Part shown: one piece after another, positions 24,715-35,893 of the stretch
Layout of the letters: the number at the start of each line of letters is the position of its first letter
How positions within the stretch are numbered: position 1 is the first letter of the stretch
Origin: Euglena gracilis
Taxonomy: Eukaryota
NCBI GenBank assembly: GCA_039621445.1
Contig: CP154954.1
Coordinates: 11,898,716-11,962,715 of the forward strand
DNA: 64,000 bases
Direction of reading: 5' to 3'
Made by a program: the position numbers and the translations under genes
The notes under the pieces: model-generated
Told to the model about the DNA's origin: nothing
Databases searched by the model: none
What the model saw: only the letters and a program-made list of their open reading frames with translations

Positions 24715-25562
24715 TGTCGGCCGCCGGCTTTCGCCGGCAGCCAAAAATTGCCAGAAAGCGCAAATTTCAAAGTCGCGGGTAACAGCCAACCAGTTAAAAA
24801 AACCCGCGACTTAAATTGGAAGCGGGTCAAATTTCAAAGACCTTTCAAATTCTTTTTGTTCACAGAACTTGAGGGGTTTTCCCCATCATTTGGCAAAGAA
24901 GAAATACATTGAATTGGATTTGATCAATCACATTATTGAATTGGAATTGACAATTACATTGTTGCTCATTACATTGTTGGTTGTATTCATTGGAGGATTG
25001 GTTTGAAGGAGCCTACAACACCGCCATCTTCACCGCCCTTCCACACACCCCTTCGCCTCACCTTCCTGGCCCCCGGGTTTGCACGTTTTCACACATTCAC
25101 ATTTCACATTCGTTTTCAATTCTTCACATTCAGCTGCTTTCAGTTTCTCAGTTTCAGAGTTTCAGAATTCAAGTTACTTTCAGTTTCTCACTCTCAAAGT
25201 TCCAAGTTCAGTGGGTTAGTTTTTCCTTCAAGGTGTGCGAGAGAGTGGGTGAGAGAGAAAGAGAGAAAGTGAGATTTCATTGCAAATGGCAGATTTTTCG
25301 GTGTTCACCAAATTTTCAGAAAGCATTAAAAAAACGAGCCTACGCACCGGCTGGGGTAGGGGAAAACACCTGGGTGAAAAAAAGGGAGTTGGCCTGAGCC
25401 CACCAACCCCCAGAAAAAGCGCAGGCCCCGCCCCGGAAACACCCACCCCCCGGCTGTCGGTGGTTTTCCACGACGGCGAGGACCCCCCCGGGCCCTCGGC
25501 CCACCGGCACTCGCCGGTCGCGGGGGCGACCGGCGGCGCACCGGGGGTGGGGCCGCCAAACA
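24715..25562 (+). repeat. Element A 5' LTR
   Basis: direct repeat of 35894-36741, about 12 differences counted by eye. Confidence 0.97.
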
Positions 25563-28500
25563 TGGTTAGCAGAGGTCGGCTCACTGACTTCGTCAGTGAG
25601 GTTTTTTCAGATTCGGTGAACGTTGTTGCAGAGATTTGTTCCGCTGCCTCTGCCAGCAGAATCAGTGCAAAGTTTTCAGATTCGGCTGACATCACAAGCA
25701 AAGGTTGTTTCACTGACTCAGTCAGTGAAAATTTTTCAGAGACGGTCGACACGGTCACAGAGATTTGTTCTGGTGGCTGTGCCAGCAGAATGGTACACGA
25801 GGACAGTTTCATCAACCCTGTGGTCTGTGAAATTTCAGAAGGATCTGCAGAAATCTGCTCGTTTCCAGGCCAATCTGTCCGAATTTCAGATTGTGATGAA
25901 AATTTTCTGAGATCTTTGGCAGAAAGCTGTTTTCAGAACGGACAGGAAACTGAATTTTCTGCAGCCCAGTTTTCAGAACCTGTGGCATCATTGCAAATCA
26001 TGATGGAATCTGTGGCAGAAAACAATTTTCAAGCTGCAGAAAGTTTATCGGCTTCAGGATTTTCAGAATCGACACAGGAATCAGAATCTGATTCTGATTC
26101 GGAGAGTGGGTTAATTACATGCATAAGGCCCATCACAGTGGCAGGGCCAGAAAAATTACAGCTGATTCCACTGCATGGCAGTGACGACGAATCAGACCCC
26201 CCAGCTTATGAAAGCGAAACAGAGGAAGAAAAACAGGCTGAAAACGCAATTATTCAGCAAATAGTTATTCAAAGAATGAAAGCTGCTGGCATGTGGCCAG
26301 TAAATTTTCCAGGTTTTCAGCAAATTTATGTGTCGTCACAAGACAGCAGCCCAGGGCCAGAACAAAAAATTTTGTGTTTTACAGCCCAGCCAGAACCATT
26401 GCTGTTAACACAGAGTTCAGAAACGCAGTCAGCACAGCCAGCTGCAGCCCAGCTGCAGGTTTTTCAGCCAGCCCAGCAGTTTTCGGCTGGGTCATCTGTT
26501 CCAGCAATCATGGGACCAGCCCAGATGCATGGGCAGGTTTTTCAGCCAGCGTTAACAGTGTCTTCAAACACAGGCCCAGCCCAGATTTTTCAGCCAATTC
26601 AGCCAGATTTTCCACAGACCCAGCCACAAAATTTACAGCCAAATACCAGTTTTTCTGCAGAAACTGGGTCCGAAAACCCTGAAAATCAGCATGCTGTGGA
26701 AATGGAATCGGGCTATGGCCAATCTGATGATGATTGGAACAATTGGGGTGAAGAAATCAGTTGCAAAATTGAATGTTTACATGGCAGACGTTTGGTGCAG
26801 GAATGAAAAAATTCTGAAAAAACGGCTGAAAATCTGGTGTGGGAGGCAGAAAACAGGCTAAATCGGGCATTGGCCATGTCACAGGGGCAGACATTGAATC
26901 TGGTGAATGAGGCATTGGGCTTGCATGATGGGCGAATGGCTGAGCACATTGCCATGGTGAAATGTGAAATTCAGGCTGAACTGAGTGCAACTGTAAACGA
27001 CTTGCTTTTGCAGTTTCAGCAAAATGGTGAAATGGTGCAAAATCTGGCCCAATGCCAAAGGCATTTGTTGAGTGTGGAAACGGAACGGCAGTTTGCTGAA
27101 AAAGTGAAGAAAGTGGAGGATGGAGTTAACTCGTTTTTTGAGGCCCAGGTTGAGAGGTTGAGAAAAAATGAGAGGGATTTTTCTCAGAAGCTGTCGTTTT
27201 TGGAAAAATCTGTGGGGGAGATGCACGTGGTGGTGAAACAAGTGGGGGAGAAGGAAAAACAGCAGGAAATTGCTGTTAATCAGGTCAAATCTGCAGTCGG
27301 TGAGCTAAGCTCTGGTCTGGAGGGACGCTTTGGGATCATTCTTCAGCAATGCAAAGGTTTGGGGGAGACTGAGTGTGCCAAATTTCAGCGCAGGCTGAGA
27401 AATTGAAGGAATTTTCACAGTCCCTGGAGCGAGAGAGCAAAGCTCTGAATGATCGTTTGGGGAGGTTGGAGAATTTTCTGGGTCGGAAAGATTTTCCCAT
27501 TGAGAAAGTCTGTGACCTGATTAACAAGAGTGAGGAAACAATTCGGTTGGAGGTGCAAAGGGAGTTGGTGCTGCAAACGAGAAAGAATTTGGAGGTCATT
27601 ATCAGTGAAATGTTGCAGGAAAGGTGGAGGCTGAGTGAAAGGGAGGAGCAGTTTGAAAAAGTTCGGGCTGAAATGGAAAATTCGATGAAACAGCAGGTTG
27701 GAGTTTTACTGCAACAGCAGTCCAGTGAACTTTTTAAAGAACAGCAGGAGCGGAAAAAATTGCAACAAAAGCTGGATTTATTTCAGGCTGAGTTTTTGGT
27801 GATGAAAAATCAGCAAGCTGAATCTGCCAAATCTGCGACAGTGGATCTGACAAAGGAAACGAGAGAAAAATCAGCTGGAAACCCAGAAATCGAAGAGTTT
27901 GATCTTTTTGGTTACAACGATTTACCTGTGATCGAGAAAAATCCGGTTGAAATTGAAGGCTATGAATACGCTGAACCAGGATCACATGCGACACATGTCA
28001 GGCAGGTTTGTGCACGACCTGTGGGGGCAGTGCCTGCAGGTGCAGGGCTGGTTCCATCAAATGCAGTGGCAACGCATCAATTGATGAAAAACCTGGTGGC
28101 TCCAAATTTTTCTGGACAGCCAAAAGACTGGTCGTCCTTTGTGCGGGATTGGGATCAATGTTTCAGGACGTTTGGTTATTTTGCAAAATGGACATATGTC
28201 TGATTCACTCAAGCTTCAGCTTTTTGCAATGACGCTGGACGACACAAATCAAAAGGAATTGCAATTCCGACTGGAATTGAACGGAAAAACATCTTTCGAG
28301 GAGGAATTTGACAGGCTTGAAGGGAAATATGCTGGAACTCAATCCGAGTGTGCCAGAAAAAAATCGTATGATGTGAACCTCGTGAACCAAGCGAAAATTA
28401 CCGTACAGGAATGGCGAGATTTTGTCATAAATTTCAGAATAGCCTGGAGACAGGTGAAAAGCACCACTGACGATGAGGCAGAAAGACTGGTCAAGGGAAA

Positions 28501-29370
28501 ACTGCCAAATTTCATTTTGCATTGGGTCGCCGATGAGGAGGAAAGGAAATCAACGTGTGGACCGAAAGTCAAAATGTACCCTGGAGTGCCTGCAACCGAG
28601 GAAAACATTATTTGTGCTGTGGAACGTGTCACTGGGGAAAAGCCCTGCAAGGTTTCGAAAGTTTCACCGCTGGAGTTCGAAGTCTTTTTGCCCAACACTA
28701 CGATTTGCGACAAACTGAAAGAGGTCAGTGGGAAACCAATCACAGGCACGGATAAAAGGATCAAAATTGTGGAGGAACAGCCAAAAATGGGAGTTGAAGA
28801 AATTTTCCGTTTTGTTGAGCGAAAATTGTCTTCCAGAGATTCTCAAGACATGATACACAGTTCCAGGGAGCCAAATGCATTTGGAAACCGGAGGGCCAGG
28901 TCTGCGAAGGCAGATCGGGCCAAGGGGTCCAAGACACCCTCCCCAACACGGTCAGCCAAGGGGGGCGAAACGGTGGCAAAACCGTCCGTTGGAAAATCAG
29001 ATTCACAGGTGGCAGCTCCTGCGACCAATGCAAACGTGAACCCCCCCGTGCAAAATCCAGTGCCAGTTGTGCGATCACAGTCATTGACCCCCCCCCCAGC
29101 AATCTCAATTTGGCAATGGGGGGGGGATGGAGAAATGATTCCGGGTGGAATTCCAATGCCAATGCCAATTTTCAGGGAAATCAGTGGTGGCACTCAAATC
29201 AACAGAATTTTGATTCACAGTCTGGTGGTGGCAAAGGCAAAGGCAAAGGCAAAGGCAAAGGAAACAATTCTTGGGGGAAAGGAAACAATGGAAATGACTG
29301 GTCTAGAGGAAAGGGCCAGGATGGTGGAAAAGGCAAAGGAAAAGGAAGGGGGAAAGGAAACCGATGCTAG
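25286..29370 (+). pseudogene. gag: Element A gag: acidic/low-complexity N-terminus, coiled coil, capsid-like region, GKG-rich tail (1 stop, several frameshifts)
   Basis: ORFs 25280-26806, 26837-27406, 27373-28203, 28139.., 29110-29370; PNFSGQPKDWSSFVRDW capsid-like start; collinear with B. Confidence 0.85.
25563..25575 (+). promoter_or_regulatory. Element A primer-binding site TGGTTAGCAGAGG (tRNAi-Met-like)
   Basis: directly after the LTR CA; one extra base relative to the TGGTAGCAGAGG initiator-tRNA complement. Confidence 0.8.
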
Positions 29371-29640
29371 GACAGCCGGGGTGGACCGTTGGGGGCGGGA
29401 GCCTCCCCGGGCTCGCATACCCAGCCCCACACAAAGACATACACAAATCCCAGGTGGCAAGAAAAATCTCGTGTGAGTGAAAACACGATGAAAAATCTGC
29501 CATCCCAGGAGACTTCTGTGCAAGGTGTGTCCAATGTGTCGGGTGCGTGCGTGCGTGACGTGCAAATCTGTGACTCGGCCCAAATCTGTAAAGAATCAGA
29601 TCCCATAAGGGATCGTGCACAGCCTTCCGTAAAGAAAAGA

Positions 29641-30225
29641 GCTTTAGACCTTTTTTGCGGTAAAGGCTCGGTTGGGGATTGCCTGAGAGAGCAAGGGTTT
29701 AAGGTTGTGTCAGTGGACATAAACCCCAGATTTAACCCAACCCACTGTGCAAATATTTTGGAGTGGAGATATTGGAGGTACCCCCCCGGATATTTTCAGA
29801 TCATCGCTGCGGGGTTGCCCTGTACAGAATATAGCTTGGCCAAAACATTGGGAGTCAGAAATTTGGAGGGGGCAGATCGGCTGGTCAAAAAAACTTTGGA
29901 GATTGTCGAATATTTCAAGCCAAAATTGTGGTGGATTGAAAATCCCCGTCATGGACTTTTGCGGAAAAGACCCTGTGTTCAAAATCTGACTTTTGTCGAT
30001 GTTGATTATTGTCAATTTTCAGATTGGGGATATCAAAAACCCACCCGAATCTGGGGGAGCGAAAATCTGAGCAAGCTACAAAACAAACTTTGTGATGGCC
30101 AGACCTGCCCGAATTTGATTCCTGGGGGGAGGAGTCACCGAGAAAAGTTGGGAGGATATGGAATGACAGTTGGCACCCAGAAAAGATGGAGGATGCCCAA
30201 ACAACTGGTGGAGTATTTTTTAACC
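29641..30225 (+). CDS. Element A C5-cytosine DNA methyltransferase domain
   Basis: ALDLFCGKG (I), VDIN (II), AGLPCTEYS (IV, PC at 29818-29823), WIENP (VI), YCQFSDWGYQKPTRIW; open frame. Confidence 0.9.
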
Positions 30226-30249
30226 GTGTTGGAACGAAAAAGCGGATAT

Positions 30250-30645
30250 CGTAGGGAGGATTATGCTGTTAGGAAAGTTTGTATGGAGGAAATTGAGAAG
30301 GAATTTCGGGTTAAGGCGGAACGGGATTGTTTTGCAACCAGCCAAAATGCCACGTGTGAAAAGTTTTATGGGGAGGATGATGATGCCATGAAAAAGGATT
30401 GGGGGGTGGAGGAAACGTTGTGGATGAACCCCCCCTGGACTTTGTGGCCTGAGGTGGCTGAAAAATTGCAAAATTCCAATTGTCGGGCAATTTGCATTTG
30501 CCCAGACTGGAATAGGAGGTGGGTGAAAAATCTGGTGGCTATGGCTGTCAAAAAGATTTATTTTTCCAAGGGGACAAAGTTGTTTGAGGCCGATGGGAGG
30601 ATTTTGAGGGGTACCCGTTGGGGGGTGTGGGCCTTGTTGATTGAT
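30250..30645 (+). CDS. Element A DIRS/Dam-like N6-adenine MTase domain fused in frame to the C5-MTase
   Basis: RDCFATSQNA..KFY...DAMKKDW....LWMNPPW (NPPW 30427-30438) ..RAICICPDW. Confidence 0.82.
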
Positions 30646-30759
30646 AGAAGGCAAACCACACAGGGGGGGGGGGGGCAGCCCCAGGGAAGAAAAAATTGGT
30701 GCGGCTGAAAAAAAGAATGTTGAGGGGGACAAAAACTCGGGGAGGAGCAAAGAAACTCG

Positions 30760-33700
30760 GGGAGGACAGACAACTGCTGTTAAAAAACCCAGATTAAGTT
30801 GGCAAATGGGGAGGAGAAAACAGCCAGAATTTTGATTGACACGGGGGCTGAGGCAAACCTCATTCGACAAGGGTTGATAGGGGACCACCTAATGTATCCT
30901 GCTAAGGACCCGTTAAGGTTTGAAACTGCCAATGGGCAAACTTTGGCGGGGGGGAGCAGATGTGCTAAGGTGAAAATGATCCTTCAACAAAATTGGAATG
31001 AGGAAAGGGAAATTGAGTGTGTGGAATATGATGTTGAATTTTATGAGGCAAACATCAAAGTTGATGCCATACTTTCTTATCCATGGTTGGCGGAGGCAAA
31101 ACTGGGAATTTTTCCACACCACAAGGCGTTGGTGAAAGACAGCCCCGACCTGGATTTTTTGCGGGGTGTTGAAAGATGGAGGGGTCCACAAAAATTCAGG
31201 ATGACACAAATTTTTCAGTGGACAGTGTGACTGCGGTGGAGGGGTCTTCGTGTGGGTTGCAAAAACGTGGTCTTTGTTTGCCTTTGGAAGGGTTGGACCA
31301 GGAATTGCAATTTTTGAGTGACGAGGACCTAGGGGAAGTTGCCACAAATTTGGAGGGAAGTGACCCCCCAGTGCAAGTTATCAACCGAATGATAATTGCA
31401 AGGGAGGGGGAGGACAAAAAAGAGGAGGAACGGGTAGTCAAGTTGAGGGAACAAGTTTTGGAAGATTACCGGGGGACGGTATTTCAGTCATCGCCATTTC
31501 CAGACCCCCCCCGAAAGAGGACAATATGGTTATGCATACATACCGTTGAAGGAGAGGGCAAAGCCAACCAGACAGAAGCCTTTTATCATGCACGGTGAGC
31601 GGAAAGAGGCACTTGAAAAAATCACCCAAGACTGGCTCGACAAAAAATACATCGAGCCAGCCACAGCCAAAAATTCTGAATGGCTGTCCCAGACTTTTCC
31701 AGTTCCAAAAAAATCCAACGATTTTCCTTGGAGGGGGGTGGTGGACCTCAGGGGCCCAAACAGCCAAACAAGGCGATGCAACTACCCCCTACCCAAAATT
31801 GAAGACATTTTGGTCAAACATGGTGCAAACCAAATGTTTTCGATCATCGATTTGAAGCAAGCTTTTCACCAACAACCTTTACACCCAGAAAGTCGACCCA
31901 TAACGTGTTGTTTCACCCCCAAAGGCATTTTTCAGTGGAGGGTGAATGTAATGGGTTTGACAAATGCCCCCCAGCAATTTCAGCAAATGATCGATGACCG
32001 TTTGACACCAGTAAGGGATATCGCCACAGGGTATATAGACGACATACTGGTGGGGACAACGGTCGGGGAAGGGGAGGACCTGGTGGGGGCACACGAAAAA
32101 GATTTGAGGAGGGTGTTGGAGGTGCTCAAAACGGAACTTTTGGTGGCTGATGAATTCAAAGCCAAACTTTTTGTGGAGGAGGTTGAATTTTGTGGACAAA
32201 TTTTAGGAAACGGGACTAGGAGGCCAGCACCGGGTAAGCTACGAGCGATCGAAAAGTGGGAGGTTCCAAAAACAATTACGGCTTTGAGAGCCTTTTTGGG
32301 ATTCACAAATTATTACAATGCATACATTCACATGTATGCGGAAGTAGCTGCCCGATTGCAAGACAAATTGAAAGTCCCCAGGGAGGTGGGAAAGAAAGGA
32401 AGTCGAAAACCTGTGGAATTTGATGGGGAGGATTTAAAAGCTTTTGAGGAGCTGAAAAAAAGGTTGTGTTCGGGCCTGATGTTGCAACGGGTAGACCCAG
32501 ATAAACCCTTTGTGCTAAGGGTTGATGCTAGTGGGTACGCCGTGGGGGCAACGTTAGAGCAAATGAAGGAGGGGGGAGGAAGACCCACAGCCCAGGATGT
32601 GATTGAGAAAAAAACTGTGCCAGTGGCTTTTATGTCTCGAAAATTGACCGAGGGGCAAAGAAAATGGACACCCAGTGAGTTGGAGACGTATGCCATAATT
32701 TTGGCACTACAAAAATGGGAGAGTTGGATTGGATTGCAACCCGTTTTGGTTTTAACCGACCACCAAAGTTTGCAGTCTTGGACAAGGGAATTCCTAGACA
32801 CCCCCAGTGGTCCGGTTGGGAGGAGGGCGAGATGGCATCAAATTTTCTCCAAGTATGATTTGACGGTGGGATATATCCCGGGTAAAGAAAATACCAAAGC
32901 CGATATCCTTAGTCGGTGGGCTTACCCAGCTTCACAGGCCCTAAGGGACATAAGTAAGCACGGGTCAGCCGAAGACAAGGATGAATTGGAAAATTTTGTC
33001 CAGGAGGAAAAAGAAGAGGAAAAACAGTGTTTGGAGATAAGAATCAAAAACCATCCCAATTTACGTAATGCCTGGATACAGGGGGTGACCACCCGTAGTG
33101 ACAAAAACGTAACACCTGAGGAGGAAAAAGGAGAGTGCACAAGGAGGGGAACCGAGGGTGGGGTAGACCCAGGAGGAAAAGACACCCCTGTGGACACCCA
33201 CTCACAAGGGCCCAGGAAAGAAAAGAAACGAGTTCATTTTTGGGATGAGAAAGTGGGGGGGGGAGACGACCCCTGTCCCGGAGACGGCTGAAAGTTCGAG
33301 GGGGGACACTCGTATGGAAGTGGGGGACGCCCTGCCAAGTACGACCCCTAAGGATATTAAGCCCGTATGGGAGCGTGATTGGGGGAAACATACTCCCAAT
33401 GCCCCGCATGGAAAGAAAAATGGGTAGCTACCAAAGGCGATTCAATGTGGCCAAAGGGCTTCAAAGTGCTAAATGGCCAATTGTTTTTCGAGGAAAAGTT
33501 GTGTGTGCCTGAAAGTTTTCAACATTTGGTGATTCAAGAAATTCACGAGTTTTTGGGGCACGTTGGCCCTGAAAAAGTTTGGAAACACATGGCAATCCGT
33601 TTTGTTTGGGCTGATGAAAAGGCTGCAAAACAACTCAACCAAAATTGCAGCAAAAATTGTTCCACATGCCAAGCGAGTGTGAGGGGGGAGAGTTTGAAAG

Positions 33701-34845
33701 GACCGATCGAGTCCACACCCATACCCCCTGCACTAATGACAAGTGTTGCCATCGATTTGTTTCGAATGCCAAGGGTTTTACACGATGGGGGGGAGTATGA
33801 CACCCTAGCCCTTTGTGTGGATAGGCATTCAGGTTGGATTGTGGGGGTTGCATGCAAGGACAAGGGATTAACCGGTGCCAAGTTGGCTAAGGAAATGGTG
33901 AAAAATCAGTGGAGGCCTTTTGGGGTTCCCTCGGTCATCTCAAGTGACCAAGGGAGCCATTTCACAAGCACTTGGTGGAAAAACATGTGTGCACTTTTGG
34001 GGATTAGGCAAGCGTATTCCCAAGCGTACCACCATCAAGCAAACGGGAGGGTTGAGAGAGCCGGACAACAGGTAATGGAGGTGTTGAGGAAATTGTACGT
34101 GGAGGAAAAAATTAATTGGGTTGAGGCTTTACCCCAAGTTTTGGACCGAATTCATGACGTAAAGGGGGAAAGCGGATTGAGCCCATATGAAATTGTGACT
34201 GGAAGGGAAAGACCATTGGCAGGGGTACCCTACCAACCACCCAAAGAATGTGAGGATTCGGTGGAATTTTTCCGAAGGATGCAAGACCTTGATGGGAGGG
34301 TGGCTAGGATACTCAACAAAAAGCATGAGGAGGAGGTGGCAAGGATAAATAAGGGGAGGAAAGAAATGGAACCCCTAAAGGTGGGGACGACGGTTTGGTA
34401 TAGGAGACCCGAGGGGTCGGGTGAGAAGCTTGACTCTAGGTGGGTGGGACCTGGGGTCGTGAAGGGTAGAGAGGGGGAACGGAGTTATGTAATTGAGATG
34501 AAATCTGGGGTGGAGACAAAAGCTCATAGGAGTTTGTTGAAGGAGTATCGGGAACCCCAAGTGGAAGGTAAGGGGGTGCCTCTTTTTTACCATAAGCGGA
34601 CCGAAAAAGAAGAAGAGGCATTACCTGATGAGTGGGAGGTGGAAAAAATTCTAAGGCACCGGAAAGGAAAGGATGGAAAGTGGGAGTTTTTAACAAAGTG
34701 GGTCGGATATGAGGACGGGGAGGAAACCTGGGAACCGGCTGGCAATTTAATTCACAGATTCAGTGGGGAGTTTGTGAAGTATTGCCGTGAGAAAAAAGTG
34801 AAAATGGACGTAATGTCCGAACTTAAAATTGACGGTGGGCCGTAG
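30760..34845 (+). pseudogene. pol: Element A pol: PR-RT-RNaseH-IN-chromodomain (frameshifts, several in homopolymer runs)
   Basis: ILIDTGA (DTG 30838-30846); YIDD 32032-32043; VDAS/ELE/TDH; HHCC, IDLF..SDQG..RVER; CHD WEVEKIL..KWVGY..TWEP 34630-34790. Confidence 0.95.
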
Positions 34846-35284
34846 GCTCTAAGGTGAGCCATAAGGCCCTGTCCAAGGCTCTACGGTGAGCCTAATGGGA
34901 AGGCAAAGTGCTGTTTTTAAAATTCAAAAACCCGATTTGCACGTCCGTGCGGGTGTGAGTGCACGCACACACGCATGAGCGTGTAAAGGAGAGAATGTAC
35001 AAATGCAAGAATTGGCAAGGAGAATGGAAATTGGAGAAAAAGGCCCCGCAAGGGGGCCGTGGCACCTCAGTATATTCGCCGCCGCATTGCTGTTGTACTC
35101 GCCCCACTGCGCTTATATTTGCCCCACCGCACTTATATTTGTACTTGTACTCGCCCCACTGCGCCTATATTTGCCGTCCTCTCCTCTTCTCTCCCGGTGT
35201 TGTAGGTTTGGAGATCGATTCTTTGAGATGATGGGTTACATTGTGGTTGGGAGTCCATGGTCACATAATGAGCCCCCCTTCGGT

Positions 35285-35580
35285 TTGACAAAAATCCCCC
35301 CCCGGCCCGAGGAGGGGGGGGGCGCTTGATTTTTTGACAAAAACCCCCCCGGCCCGAGGAGGGGGGGGGGGCGCTAGAATTTTTAAAAATCCCCCCGGCC
35401 CGAGGAGGGGGGGGGGCGCTTGATTTTTTGACAAAAATCCCCCCGGGCCGAGAAGGTGGGGGGCGCTTGATTTTTTGACAAAAATCCCCCCGGCCCGAGG
35501 AGGGGGGGGGGGCTTGACGAATTTGAACCAAAAAACCCCCCGACCCGAGAAGGGGGGGGGGGCGCCAACCGAATTTTAAA
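35285..35580 (+). repeat. ~45-bp tandem repeat in the 3' UTR of A (TTGACAAAAATCCCCCCGGCCCGAGGAGGGGGGGGGCGC)
   Basis: about 6-7 units; about 3 units in B at 45860-46000. Confidence 0.9.
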
Positions 35581-35882
35581 ACAAGAATCCCCCAGCCCGT
35601 TGAAACAGGGGGGGGGCAGATTTTGGTGAAGACCCTCATTCCACCCGTGAGAAGCGGGGGGGGGGTGGCAGCCAAATATCCATTGGTTGGTGAACCGAAT
35701 CTTTCCCAAAGGTTTGAAGGCACTTGAAAGCCATAGTCCCTGAATTTTGTTTCCCGTTTGGTTGGTTCAAGGGAGCATGTGTGGGACATAGGCTTTGGGT
35801 GAAGGAGTGCCGATTGGAGGATTTCCACCCGTTGTGGAGGAACGGGGGGGGGGGCGAATTTTTGGTGTCCCACTAAGGTCGC

Positions 35883-35893
35883 AAGGGAGGGGG
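35883..35893 (+). promoter_or_regulatory. Element A polypurine tract
   Basis: AAGGGAGGGGG directly before the 3' LTR TG. Confidence 0.9.

Noticed and set aside
29389-30708. Bacterial restriction-modification locus or contamination
   Set aside because: The MTases are in frame with retroelement protease/RT between LTRs with TSDs; no nuclease or operon structure
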